Shown here piece after piece: positions 25,337 to 35,204 of a DNA stretch of 64,000 nt. The stretch is from a virus. Within the stretch, counting starts at the first letter, position 1, and the number at the start of each line of letters is the position of its first letter. Where the stretch lies: positions 1,970-65,969 of IMG/VR virus record IMGVR_UViG_3300038701_001470; one strand, 5' to 3'. Under the pieces are notes generated by a model that did no database searches, had not been told where the DNA came from, and worked only from the letters and a program-made list of their open reading frames with translations. Both the position numbers and the translations under genes were made by a program.

Positions 25337-25614
25337 TCAAGATCAAATCCTCCAATAACCTCAAGGCCACATTCAGCCGGATCGTTTCAAAGTTCGATTC
25401 GGTTGTCTCCGAGTCATCCAAGGCCGGAGGGCGGGAGTATCGTCGTCATGGGATGGGGCTGGCAGATATTGAGGAACTTCCGGAGCCAGATCAGATCCTT
25501 CTCAAAGCCATGGGAGCGGTGGACGAAACCGGTTTTCAGGATGAGAAGAAAATCGCCGACAAGAAGGTTCTCAATGCCGTGATGAAAGGACTCAACAAAC
25601 TCTTTGGGAAATGA
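25333..25614 (+). CDS. putative neck/tail completion protein
   Basis: Synteny; 4-nt overlaps. Confidence 0.45.
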   Translation: MIKIKSSNNLKATFSRIVSKFDSVVSESSKAGGREYRRHGMGLADIEELPEPDQILLKAMGAVDETGFQDEKKIADKKVLNAVMKGLNKLFGK

Positions 25615-26027
25615 TCGATCTACCTATCCGTGACAGAGTTGAGCGCATGTTCGTCGATGGCCTGAAAGAGTGCATCGAAGAGCTTCCGGTGTTCCCTCGC
25701 CGTATCGATGAGTCAGTGGATGATGAGGACTACTGGATCGTTTGCCGGTGCGAAGAAGCTGAGGAAACGACTACCGGTTCAGGAGTCTACTACGGCGATT
25801 GCTCGATCGTTTTCGCGTCTCATGTCAGCGACGTTGGTTCTGATCAACATGGGAAATGGCTCAAGAAGATCGAGGATCGTCTCGTCGAAATGAACCTTGA
25901 GAAAATCACCGATGAGAAGAACGGTGTCGTCGGTTTCGGATGGGGCCCGATGGTTCTTCGGGAGGCGTCTCAGTTCAAGACTCACGGTGATGTGGTGACA
26001 TTCAGGGGCGGTTTCGGCTACCTCTAA
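25611..26027 (+). CDS. putative tail terminator/completion protein
   Basis: 138 aa; synteny and alpha/beta pattern. Confidence 0.45.
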   Translation: MIDLPIRDRVERMFVDGLKECIEELPVFPRRIDESVDDEDYWIVCRCEEAEETTTGSGVYYGDCSIVFASHVSDVGSDQHGKWLKKIEDRLVEMNLEKITDEKNGVVGFGWGPMVLREASQFKTHGDVVTFRGGFGYL

Positions 26028-26047
26028 TTGACACTCTCTTTTCAGCA

Positions 26048-26446
26048 ATGAACAAAAGCTTCGTCATCTCATTGCCCCTCGCTCCCGGTGCCGTCATTCC
26101 GGCATACGCTCGAGTGAAATTCAGCCAGGAGGGTATCGAGATTGCCGACGAGAACGACCGTTCGATCGGACACTGCGAACAGGATTGCAATTACTCAGTG
26201 CGTCCCGTCATTGACGTCTACCGCTCGAACTCAGGAGGATTGCATTTCGCTACGGCTTCCGAACCTCTCGTTGCCGGGGAAGGTTTTGTGGGTGCCGACG
26301 ACGGCATGATTCAGGCAGCTGATGAGCATCCCGAGGGGATCGTGATTCAAGATGCGGAAGAAGGTGCCACGATAATGGTTGCCTATTACTCTGCTTCCGG
26401 TTTGACTGTAACTGATGATTCAGGCAGTGAACCAGAAGCCCCATGA
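26048..26446 (+). CDS. second head decoration/cement paralogue
   Basis: MNKSFVISLPLA...RVK...IGH...RPVIDVYRSNSGGLH aligns by eye with 23541..23888. Confidence 0.75.
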   Translation: MNKSFVISLPLAPGAVIPAYARVKFSQEGIEIADENDRSIGHCEQDCNYSVRPVIDVYRSNSGGLHFATASEPLVAGEGFVGADDGMIQAADEHPEGIVIQDAEEGATIMVAYYSASGLTVTDDSGSEPEAP

Positions 26447-27834
26447 GTAAATTAGGAATTTTTGTCACAGGCCGCGATGCAGTAACCAGGCATAGTGCGG
26501 AACATTTCAATCCCGAGGCGACTGTCGTTGTCGGGGTGCAGACGGTAGCTGAGATAGCTGAGGCCGTCAGAACAGAGCGCCTTTCCCATATCGTCATTGT
26601 GCGGCCGGGAATCGTTTTCAGCCGTGGGATCTCGACGAACATTCCCCTCAACGGAGACAGGCATTGCGGCATCATTGGCGACGGGTTGAAGCTGGCTCTC
26701 GTCTCTCCGAAATACATCGCTCATCTCGAGGACGGTCAGATTTGGGAATCGATCGCCGGTCAAGACGAAGTTCTCGTTCGCACGGGATGGCAGGGTAATT
26801 TCCTCGCAGCGTTCCCCACGACGTTCCCTGACAACTACGACTTCAACCGGTATCGGGTGAACTGCGTAGCGGTTTCGATCGAGGGCCGGCAGCGTGACGA
26901 GTTCAATCGGGTGAAAGAGGAGGTATGGCATTTCCTCAAGAATAACAAACCGATTCAGGTTGAGAACGTCTCGTATCCGATGATTCACGAGCTGTCATCG
27001 ATGCGCCGGGATGGGGTTCGATGCGAACTCAAGAAGCGGGGCGGATCCAAGTTGAATCACATGGTCACCATCGCGACGAAAGAGGTTGCCGAGGATTTGA
27101 CCCGTCTCATTCCGACTGCCCTCTTCTACACCGACGCTCATCTCCACATCATTTGCGATCCGGAGACGGCAGCAATGCTTCCGAGAACACTCGACAAGCG
27201 AATCCATGTCTACCCGATGCTCACTGAGAAAGCTCTCAACGATGCGATCGGGAAGCTCAAGAACCTCACGGTGCAGAGCGATTACTGGAAGCCCGGGCCT
27301 ATTTGGTGGAAACTCAAGGGGCTCGAATGGCTCGCTGAGACTCTGAACGATTCTCTGATGCTGGTTGATTCCGACATCGTTTTCACAGGCCGGTTCGACG
27401 AGCGCCTTCGTGGAGACGCCAAGCTGTCACCGTTCTTCTGGCCTGATCCTCTTCTATCGGTTCGCCGTGCCCCTGACTCCGACGACTTCGTTCCCATCTC
27501 AGAGCGGGACGGATGGATCAATGCTGGCTATGCTTGGATCCGGAGTGAAGAGGTGGCGACCTACTGGAAGGAACTCTACGAATCCGGTATCGGCGGCTTC
27601 TACGAGCAATGGTGCATGGGCTTCCTTCCCTCGAAGTTCAAGTGCTCTTACTTCGATGAGCGTCACAATCACGGGAACTGGAGAAATCAGGCTCCCGACG
27701 ACGAAACGATCTCAGTTCACATTCATGCTGAGACGAGGCCGAAAAAGAAGTCTCTGATTTCCGTTCAAAATGCCGCTAATTCGGCTGTTGACCGTGCAAT
27801 TTCGGAAGTCCCTGCTATCATCCTGAAAAGATGA
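26443..27834 (+). CDS. putative glycosyltransferase (C-terminal GT-A/GT8-like domain)
   Basis: MLVDSDIVF (DxD), WINAGY, FYEQ, HIH motifs. Confidence 0.65.
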   Translation: MSKLGIFVTGRDAVTRHSAEHFNPEATVVVGVQTVAEIAEAVRTERLSHIVIVRPGIVFSRGISTNIPLNGDRHCGIIGDGLKLALVSPKYIAHLEDGQIWESIAGQDEVLVRTGWQGNFLAAFPTTFPDNYDFNRYRVNCVAVSIEGRQRDEFNRVKEEVWHFLKNNKPIQVENVSYPMIHELSSMRRDGVRCELKKRGGSKLNHMVTIATKEVAEDLTRLIPTALFYTDAHLHIICDPETAAMLPRTLDKRIHVYPMLTEKALNDAIGKLKNLTVQSDYWKPGPIWWKLKGLEWLAETLNDSLMLVDSDIVFTGRFDERLRGDAKLSPFFWPDPLLSVRRAPDSDDFVPISERDGWINAGYAWIRSEEVATYWKELYESGIGGFYEQWCMGFLPSKFKCSYFDERHNHGNWRNQAPDDETISVHIHAETRPKKKSLISVQNAANSAVDRAISEVPAIILKR

Positions 27835-28505
27835 TATTTTGGGATCGAAAAGAAATCTTCCTCCACTTTCCCAGGACGGGCGGAACCTCCTACGAGTCAG
27901 CGATCCTTGAGCCGATGGGGTTCAAGGGCTCCCGCGGGGCCGAAACCTACGAGCTGCGTTCAGCGCCGGTAGCATCGAAGCATCTCGACGCAATGAGAGC
28001 CGAGGCTCTTTGGCCCGATCAATTCCACGATCCTGAATGGAAGGTCACCACGATCATGAGGCGTCCGGACAAGGTGATGATCTCTCAGTTCATCCAGTCT
28101 CACAACACGGCAGATCCCAACCGGGGCACTTTCAAAATCCCGGAGTTCAGGGGATGGGCCAAGAGGCGTGGATTCCGTTACATAACGGCTGCAGAAGTGG
28201 ACGATCACGCGAGACACCTGATTGCCGATCAGGAGAATCTGATCAGCGCCGGCGCTTCGATCGCTCGTTTCTATCAAACCCGGGAACCGGTTCGGATTGA
28301 GGTTTTGGATTTCGAGAATCTTCCCAAAGAAATTCATGAAAGGCTTGGCACAAGACCTCCCCACAGAGGGAAGCGTTCAGCGAAGCGGAAGAATCCCCGC
28401 AAGGTTTATGGCGATCTACACCAGCCATTCATTCAGGAGTTCAGCCTCGATTTCCTGCTTTGGGAGACGGGAATTAGAAACGGGTTCATAGTTTCTCCAA
28501 CGTGA
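27831..28505 (+). CDS. sulfotransferase-like protein (Sulfotransfer_2-like)
   Basis: FLHFPRTGGTS (5'-PSB), TIMRRP...ISQF (3'-PB), LDFENL. Confidence 0.7.
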   Translation: MIFWDRKEIFLHFPRTGGTSYESAILEPMGFKGSRGAETYELRSAPVASKHLDAMRAEALWPDQFHDPEWKVTTIMRRPDKVMISQFIQSHNTADPNRGTFKIPEFRGWAKRRGFRYITAAEVDDHARHLIADQENLISAGASIARFYQTREPVRIEVLDFENLPKEIHERLGTRPPHRGKRSAKRKNPRKVYGDLHQPFIQEFSLDFLLWETGIRNGFIVSPT

Positions 28506-28528
28506 TAAGTTGACACATGCCGAAAGGC

Positions 28529-28897
28529 ATGAGCGGATTCACCCAACATGGTAACCAGGACTATCGATTCGGATTCAAAGATCCGGCAGCGGAAAACATC
28601 GCTGATGCGGTAGGTCTCAAGCCTCAAACTCTTTCGATTTCCGGAGAGCCGGAATTTACCGCCGAGGGCAAGAACCTTGAGGGACTGACTGAGGCGTTCG
28701 TTGTCGCCAAGGAAAAGTTCTCGTTCACCATGAGCGGTTTCATTGTCGATCTCGAGAACTTCGGCGCTCCCGGAGCTACCTTCGACTACGACGGGAATCA
28801 CTTCATCGTGACAGGTCGGAAGCGGGACGTTTCCAGTCAGGACTTCCAGAAGGGAGAAATCACTGGAATGAGTTACCCTCTCATCGACGGAAACTGA
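28529..28897 (+). CDS. putative tail tube protein
   Basis: Second ATG chosen (TTGACA-N13); precedes chaperone and tape measure; beta-rich. Confidence 0.5.
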   Translation: MSGFTQHGNQDYRFGFKDPAAENIADAVGLKPQTLSISGEPEFTAEGKNLEGLTEAFVVAKEKFSFTMSGFIVDLENFGAPGATFDYDGNHFIVTGRKRDVSSQDFQKGEITGMSYPLIDGN

Positions 28898-28898
28898 T

Positions 28899-28914
28899 CT
28901 CCTTACGTAAGGAA
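28899..28914. repeat. dispersed palindrome copy
   Basis: CTCCTTACGTAAGGAA. Confidence 0.95.
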
Positions 28915-28920
28915 ACTTTT

Positions 28921-28948
28921 CGAGGGGCCGCCATTGAGCGGCCTTTCG
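28921..28948 (+). terminator. hairpin/terminator after putative tail tube gene
   Basis: CGAGGGGCCGC ... GCGGCCTTTCG stem followed by TGTTT. Confidence 0.55.
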
Positions 28949-28958
28949 TGTTTATAGA

Positions 28959-29591
28959 ATGAGCTGGCAAGCATTTGAAGAGTCGTTCATCAACACTGAT
29001 GATCATGTGGTCTTGGGACGTCGGCTCAAGCCGTTCTGCCTTTGGTATCAGTTCGTCCTCGAGGCGATTGATTCTCCCATCTTCTCTCCGAATGCTCCGC
29101 TCAGTCTCGTGGACTTGGAGATTGCCGCTCGAATCTGTCAGTCCGATTATCAGGACTTCACCCAGGCTCAGCAGAAGCCGGGGTTCATGGGGAAGGTGAA
29201 GTTCGGAGTGAAGGCCATGCGAACGTCGATCGCCGACGAGGTATCGAAATTCGACCGATACATTCTCGACTACGCGAGACTTCCCGAGACGTTCGAGAAC
29301 ATCGATCCTCCTACGGAACGAGTTCATCACGACTTTCCCCCGGCGCTTTCTATCGTTTCCGTCCTGATGAGGAACGGGTTCGAGGGAGGCCAGAGGAAAG
29401 CAACGTGGATGACCGGAGTGGGGGAAGCTCACTGGTACGCCACATCATTCACTCGTCTCGAAGGGCACGATCCGAAGCTGATCACTGATCACGATCGGGA
29501 GTTCATGGAAGGACTCAGGGCAGAGAGAGAAGAGAAGGCTCGTCGTGAAGCTGAGGAGTCTGAGATTGACACCCCGAACTCAGATGAATGA
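28959..29591 (+). CDS. tail assembly chaperone-like protein
   Basis: Immediately upstream of tape measure; 210 aa. Confidence 0.55.
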   Translation: MSWQAFEESFINTDDHVVLGRRLKPFCLWYQFVLEAIDSPIFSPNAPLSLVDLEIAARICQSDYQDFTQAQQKPGFMGKVKFGVKAMRTSIADEVSKFDRYILDYARLPETFENIDPPTERVHHDFPPALSIVSVLMRNGFEGGQRKATWMTGVGEAHWYATSFTRLEGHDPKLITDHDREFMEGLRAEREEKARREAEESEIDTPNSDE

Positions 29592-32500
29592 GCGAAGGCA
29601 ATCCAAAGATCGGCGTTGAAGTCGAAGCGATCGGAATCAAGGCGGTAAAGTCGGGATTCTTCGACCTCGCTACTGATCTCGCTGAACCCCTCCTGATGAT
29701 TGCAGGGGGCGCATCCAAAGCCGAGGCCGCTTGGGTCGGTTTCGCCGGTGCTATCGAAGGCAGGATCATGGGGCCCTTGGCCGGTATCTCAGGCGGTGCG
29801 CTTGGCGCGTTGATCGGGATCCAAAAGCTAGGAGAAGGACTGGCTGAACTTGGAAAGGAAGGGGCGGGGAATCTCGAAACCCTTGAGACACAGTTCAAAC
29901 CGCTTCTCAAGTCAGCAGCCCTCACGACAGAGCGTGTCGAGGAACTGATCGACGTTACCAAAGAGACTCCGTTCAATCAGGACGGGGTTATCAAGGCGAA
30001 CAAAACTCTCCAGACTCTCACCCAGGGCGCTCTCGCAACGAAGGATGGAATGCTTCTCGTCGGCGATGCCGCGGCGGTGGCAGGAGAGGACATGCAGGGT
30101 GTCGCGAAGTGGGTAGGTCGAATGTATGACCAACTCAGATCAGGGCAACCCATCGGAGAAGCTGCGAACCGGCTGCAGGAGATGGGTATCATGAGCGGAC
30201 AGACTCGCCGTGCGCTTGAGGCCATGAATGACTCAGGGGCCGGTTTCGCTGATATGTGGGGTCTGGTTGAGGCTGAACTCAAGAAGAGCGAGGGGGCCAT
30301 GAAAGATCTCTCTCAGACTCTTGAGGGATTGCAGTCCACCTACGAAGACACAGCGGACATTCTCAGCGCCGAGTTCGCGAAAGGCTTCCTCGAAGGGGAG
30401 AAGGCCGCGGTGGACTCCACGACGAAAGCACTGGAACGACTCACGCCAGCGGCATCGTTCTTCGGTGACATTCTCGGAACGGTGTCGAACTCAGGGAAGA
30501 AGTTCAAAGGATTCCTTCTCGAAACCGCTACCGGTGTTACCGGATTCACTGAGGTTCTGAAAGTCGGTGGACTCGGAATCATTGCCTTCCTTGGCGCTCT
30601 CGCGATCGGGGGCGGTGCAGCGGTTGGAAAGTTTGCCGTCTCTATTCTCAGTGCGACCGGCAGCATGACGAGGCTCACAGCGGCTACTGGATCGGCCACA
30701 GTCGCTCAGGGGATTCAGACTTCCGTTGCCGGAAAGCTCTCCGCGGCAAACACTCAGCTGGCTCTCACAGCGAACGCAGTGGCTACCGGCAACATCAAGG
30801 CGGCTCTCTCGTCTCTCAAGGCTGCAGCGGCCCACACGATCGCAGCGGTGAAAACCAATGCCTTTGCCGCGTCGTCGATCATGCTTCGCGGTGCGCTCAC
30901 TGTTCTCGGAACCAGCATCAAGTTCGTGACGACACTGATGAAAGCGTTTCTCGTGTCGCTCGTCACGAATCCGTTCTTCCTCGTCGCAGCGGCATTGCTC
31001 GCAGTAGGGGCCGTGATGATCAAGTTTGCGAATGAGGCAAAGAGAGCTCGAAAGGCTCTCGCCGACTATGCCGACGCATCAAAGGACTTGGTATCGAATC
31101 TCCAAGCTCAGCAGCGGGCGATCGAAACGTCCACCGATCTCATGAAGGCTCACACCGACGTTGTGAATGCCCTCACGAAAGCGAAGGCCGATCTTGCCGA
31201 GGCTGAACGGAACGGAACAAAGGCCATGCAGCAAGAGGCTCAGAAGAGAATCGCTTTGCTGGAAGATGAGCTTGAAAGCGTCTCGAAATACGACCGTGAC
31301 AAACTGGCTCTCACTGAGGATGAGAAGCAGCGCATGGTTGATAAGGCCGCTTCCGACAAAGAGGTGAAGAAGGAAGCCCGTTCTGCAGCCCGTAGCCTGA
31401 TGAATCCGGAAGAGCGGGTTGCCGACATTCAGCGTGAAGCAGAAGAGATTGCCAGGGCAAAGGCGAAAGCAGAGGATGAGATTCTGGCTCAGGAACTCAC
31501 TCAGCGTGCTCAACAGGATGCCGGGGCCGATACGTCAGTAGCCCTTTCGGAAATCTCTACGCTCGAAGCGAAGCTGGAAGGTCTCAAAAAGGATCGTGAT
31601 GCGATCGATCGGAACCTGAACAAGAATCGCGGTTTCTTCGGGGATGAGGAAGTCGAAAAGATGCAGAGCGATCTCCGTTCCGGAGAGAACACGGCAAAGT
31701 ATTCGGTGTCTGATCAGGCGTCCGGAGACATCTTTCTCGCTCGCGAAATCGGTGCGAAGTCACTCACTGCCGGGGCGAGGAAAGCCGAGGTGGATGCCAA
31801 GCTGCAGGAGATTCAGCAGATCGGGAAGCTCGAAGAAGAACTGGCCGCTCTGTACAGCTCAGCGTTCGACAATCAGCAGGGTATCGAAATTGGACTGACT
31901 TCCGATTCGGAAATCAAACGTCTCGAAACTCAGATCGCACTGCGGAAACAGATCCGTGCCCTCAATGAGCAAATCCGTTCTGAGAGTGGGAAAGACAACT
32001 CCGAGAAGTCGGCGGAAGAAATCGACGCGGAGGCCCGGGCACTGGACAAGAAGAAGAGACAGCTTCAATCGCTCGAAGCGTTGGCTGATGGTGCCAGCGT
32101 GGACTTGAGTTCTCGAGCTGAGTCTCTGGATCAAACGAATCTCCAGATCAAAAAGGCTGAACTCCAAGAGGACAACGATCCTCTCAAAGCTGAGCAATTG
32201 AAGAACGAAGCTCGCATGGCTGGCATTCTGATCGAACGTCGCGGTGTCGATGCTCGTCTCGAAATGGAGCGGGCGATCGCCGGCATCAAGAACGAGGGTC
32301 TTGAGGCGACCATGAAGGAACTCGACTTTGAGCAAAAGAAACTCGATGTCGCACGGGAGCGCGGGAAACTCACCGATGAAGAGTTCGGTTCTCGATCGGC
32401 CGTCGTGGAGGCGAAGCGCGAGAAGTCTCGGATCGAAGCAGCCAAAGCCACAGTGAAGGCCCTGAATGAAACTCGCCTTCGTCAGTTCAAGCTGGAAGAA

Positions 32501-33148
32501 GAAGCGGCTCGTCGTGTCGGAAACCTCGAAGCGGCTGCGAACGCTCAAAGCAAAGCCGATGCAGTCACGGACATCGAACTGAAAAAGGATCTCGTGAAGC
32601 AGGCCAAAGAGCTATTCGATTCTGAGGTTGCTCGTTCCGGTTGGGTTCAGGCTCGTCTCGCAGGTGAGAGGGCTGAAAGGGAAACCCGTCGCCAGTTTGA
32701 AGAGCGGGACAAAGCTCGAAACCGTGAAGGCACTCGCACCGGTGAAGCGATCTCCATTGCTGAACTCAGGGAACAGGTTCTCAAGTCGGCGGGACGAACT
32801 CAGGAAGCGAAAGCGGAAAGGGACAAGGCCGATGCTCTGAAAGACAGCGAGCTTCGGAAGAAGACTGAACAGGATCTCATCAGTCAGGGATTCAGCGCGG
32901 AAGAAGCAGCGAAGAGAGCGGACACTCAGGTAGGCATTTCTCAGGCTCAGCGTGAACTCGATCGAATTGCGGAGATGGGAGACGGAAAGATCATCGCATC
33001 CTCTCTCGCTCGAATCGGAGGCGGCGGCGCCGTTGCCGGTACTGATCCGGTTGCTTCTCGAATCGACCGGTCGAATGAACTCCTCAAGGAAATCAGGGAT
33101 TTGACAGGGAACTCTGAGGGTAACGTCATCACCATCGCAACCCAATGA
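29588..33148 (+). CDS. tail tape measure protein
   Basis: 1186 aa, Ala-rich helical; ETQFKPLLKS, KETPF, VGDAAA, GRMYDQL tape-measure motifs; hydrophobic mid region. Confidence 0.9.
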   Translation: MSEGNPKIGVEVEAIGIKAVKSGFFDLATDLAEPLLMIAGGASKAEAAWVGFAGAIEGRIMGPLAGISGGALGALIGIQKLGEGLAELGKEGAGNLETLETQFKPLLKSAALTTERVEELIDVTKETPFNQDGVIKANKTLQTLTQGALATKDGMLLVGDAAAVAGEDMQGVAKWVGRMYDQLRSGQPIGEAANRLQEMGIMSGQTRRALEAMNDSGAGFADMWGLVEAELKKSEGAMKDLSQTLEGLQSTYEDTADILSAEFAKGFLEGEKAAVDSTTKALERLTPAASFFGDILGTVSNSGKKFKGFLLETATGVTGFTEVLKVGGLGIIAFLGALAIGGGAAVGKFAVSILSATGSMTRLTAATGSATVAQGIQTSVAGKLSAANTQLALTANAVATGNIKAALSSLKAAAAHTIAAVKTNAFAASSIMLRGALTVLGTSIKFVTTLMKAFLVSLVTNPFFLVAAALLAVGAVMIKFANEAKRARKALADYADASKDLVSNLQAQQRAIETSTDLMKAHTDVVNALTKAKADLAEAERNGTKAMQQEAQKRIALLEDELESVSKYDRDKLALTEDEKQRMVDKAASDKEVKKEARSAARSLMNPEERVADIQREAEEIARAKAKAEDEILAQELTQRAQQDAGADTSVALSEISTLEAKLEGLKKDRDAIDRNLNKNRGFFGDEEVEKMQSDLRSGENTAKYSVSDQASGDIFLAREIGAKSLTAGARKAEVDAKLQEIQQIGKLEEELAALYSSAFDNQQGIEIGLTSDSEIKRLETQIALRKQIRALNEQIRSESGKDNSEKSAEEIDAEARALDKKKRQLQSLEALADGASVDLSSRAESLDQTNLQIKKAELQEDNDPLKAEQLKNEARMAGILIERRGVDARLEMERAIAGIKNEGLEATMKELDFEQKKLDVARERGKLTDEEFGSRSAVVEAKREKSRIEAAKATVKALNETRLRQFKLEEEAARRVGNLEAAANAQSKADAVTDIELKKDLVKQAKELFDSEVARSGWVQARLAGERAERETRRQFEERDKARNREGTRTGEAISIAELREQVLKSAGRTQEAKAERDKADALKDSELRKKTEQDLISQGFSAEEAAKRADTQVGISQAQRELDRIAEMGDGKIIASSLARIGGGGAVAGTDPVASRIDRSNELLKEIRDLTGNSEGNVITIATQ

Positions 33149-33867
33149 GCGCATTCCCTTCCATTACCGGCATCAGGACTCATGGCAACACGGGCCTGAT
33201 TTTGAAACAAGCCACTACGCAGACTCAGAAAGATGGTCTGACTACCGGGACTGCGGTATTCACCCATCCTATGAGGGGAGCTGATACCGCGGGGCCAATG
33301 ATTGATTCTTCGCACCCGATGGTGAGTTGGCTTCGATGCGAGAAGAGAAACGTTACCTGGGGGCCGGGAATCGCGGTCATCAAATGCGACTTCGCCGGTC
33401 TGGATCCCAACGGGCCGGATGATACTCCACCGGTCTACGAGTTGCAGTTCGGAACCGGACAGGAACCGATCGAGATTCATCCCAAGTTCGCTTCGGAGCT
33501 TGGCGGGAAACCTTCGAGTCCACAGAACGGGGCGATCTACGTTGATCCTCAAGGCAATTTCACAACCGATGACCAGGTTGGAATGTTCGAGCGTTTCGCT
33601 ATCGACTCTGATCTCGCTGGCATCACACACTTCCTCGATACCGTCAATATCACTTGGCGAATGAAGTACACAGCGCGGTCGAAGCCGAGTGGTATGGGGA
33701 ACGTCGGAAAGATCGACTCTCCAGAAGGGGGGCCTCCAAACATCGGGGGGGCAAGGAATTGGCTTTACACTGGCCTCTCCTACACAGAACGTGGTGACGT
33801 GTTCTCAGTCGTGAAAGAGTGGAAAGGCTCTGGACGAAAAGGCTGGAACGGTCAAGTCTACGGCTGA
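33145..33867 (+). CDS. tail protein (distal tail position)
   Basis: Directly after tape measure; 240 aa. Confidence 0.55.
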   Translation: MSAFPSITGIRTHGNTGLILKQATTQTQKDGLTTGTAVFTHPMRGADTAGPMIDSSHPMVSWLRCEKRNVTWGPGIAVIKCDFAGLDPNGPDDTPPVYELQFGTGQEPIEIHPKFASELGGKPSSPQNGAIYVDPQGNFTTDDQVGMFERFAIDSDLAGITHFLDTVNITWRMKYTARSKPSGMGNVGKIDSPEGGPPNIGGARNWLYTGLSYTERGDVFSVVKEWKGSGRKGWNGQVYG

Positions 33868-35204
33868 TGCAGGAGCTACTGTCAAAGCTAACACCGGTCA
33901 AAGCAGGCGATGATGTATCGGTTGTGGCGAGCGAGATGCGCATCAATGCGATGCAGGAGGCTATTCATGCCCTTGCCGCAGGACGGAACATCAACGCTGG
34001 ATACGGTGTCTACAAAGGGGGAAGCCCCGGCGATGTGAACCTGTTCAGTGAACGGCAGCGATTCGTTCCACCGGGGAGACAGCCTCTTGAAATCTACGTG
34101 GTAGCCAAAGGCTCTGAGGAAGAGTACACCTACGAGGCCATGGTCACTCCCGGCGTGGTCTTTTCCTACACCGGAGAAGAGCTTGGTCACAAGAAGGTTC
34201 AGTTTCAGGGAGCTGAACTCGAAGTGGATGATCCGGAGCCTCCAAAGAAAACAGTCACCGGTGGAGAGACTGCCTACCTCGTGACTCGATGGATGTATCG
34301 TGATGACGCTCAGATGGAGCTTGTCACTGCCCTGATCGAAATCACTAACAGGGAGCCAAGACAGAACGAGTGTCGTCTCGCGAGAAAGATCGCTACTTTC
34401 GAGGCCGATGAAGCTACGGGCCGTGTGATCGTGAAGCAGGATTGGACGGGTAACCGAGACTGGTTTCGCTTCGATCCGATCGAGTGTTCCGGTTCGAGCT
34501 CGTCATCGAGTAGCAGTTCGAGTTCGTCCTCGAGTTCGCCGTCAAGCTCTTCTCCGAGTTCGAGTTCATCGTCTTCAAGTTCCGACAGTTCTGACGATAG
34601 TTCTTCGCCTCCCGACAGTTCATCTTCATCCGACTCATCGGACTCTTCTGATTCAGACGATCCGCCTCCAGATAGCTCGTCGTCTCCATCGCCTTCGGAC
34701 TCAGACGATTCGGATGATCCTCCCGGCTCTGATTCTCCAAGCCCTCCCGGTTCAGATGATTCAGGAGACCCGCCCGGAGGAAGCGGCAGTGGTTCTGACA
34801 AGAGCACGGCTATCGTTCCTGCCTCGTTCCATGATACCGGTTACACGGCTCTGTTCATTGCAGAGATGCCGGAAGTCAGGTTCGATGATGTCGTGACTGT
34901 TACCGTTCCGATTCGAGGCCGGTTCACTCGCACGAAGATCGATCCTCGATACGTAGAGGTTTGCCACAAGGGAACCATTCAAGCTTGCGGTTGGAGTGCT
35001 GATCGTCCAGGTGGCGTCGGTATCAAGATTGACGGCGACATGATTTCGATCGAGACTGGATGGTGGAAGCGCCCTACGGAAGTAGTGATTCGACTGACAG
35101 CTATTCGCCGGGGATTCAAAGACATGAGATTCCCATCGCGAACAAGGAAGCAGTTTGAAGAGAACGAGGCGTTCATCAATTCGGCATACTCAGCGAGTGA
35201 ATAA
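33867..35204 (+). CDS. tail-associated protein with ~100-aa Ser/Asp/Pro-rich linker
   Basis: Start moved to ATG 33867 (TGATG); poly-Ser tract at about 34488-34800 between two globular regions. Confidence 0.75.
   Translation: MQELLSKLTPVKAGDDVSVVASEMRINAMQEAIHALAAGRNINAGYGVYKGGSPGDVNLFSERQRFVPPGRQPLEIYVVAKGSEEEYTYEAMVTPGVVFSYTGEELGHKKVQFQGAELEVDDPEPPKKTVTGGETAYLVTRWMYRDDAQMELVTALIEITNREPRQNECRLARKIATFEADEATGRVIVKQDWTGNRDWFRFDPIECSGSSSSSSSSSSSSSSSPSSSSPSSSSSSSSSDSSDDSSSPPDSSSSSDSSDSSDSDDPPPDSSSSPSPSDSDDSDDPPGSDSPSPPGSDDSGDPPGGSGSGSDKSTAIVPASFHDTGYTALFIAEMPEVRFDDVVTVTVPIRGRFTRTKIDPRYVEVCHKGTIQACGWSADRPGGVGIKIDGDMISIETGWWKRPTEVVIRLTAIRRGFKDMRFPSRTRKQFEENEAFINSAYSASE

Noticed and set aside
28959-29591. 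Tail chaperone programmed frameshift
   Set aside because: A single 210-aa ORF runs directly into the tape measure gene; I found no convincing slippery heptamer or second-frame ORF.
33101-33106. TTGACA near the end of the tape measure gene
   Set aside because: No ATG at 13-16 nt; recorded as the one exception to the late-gene signature.
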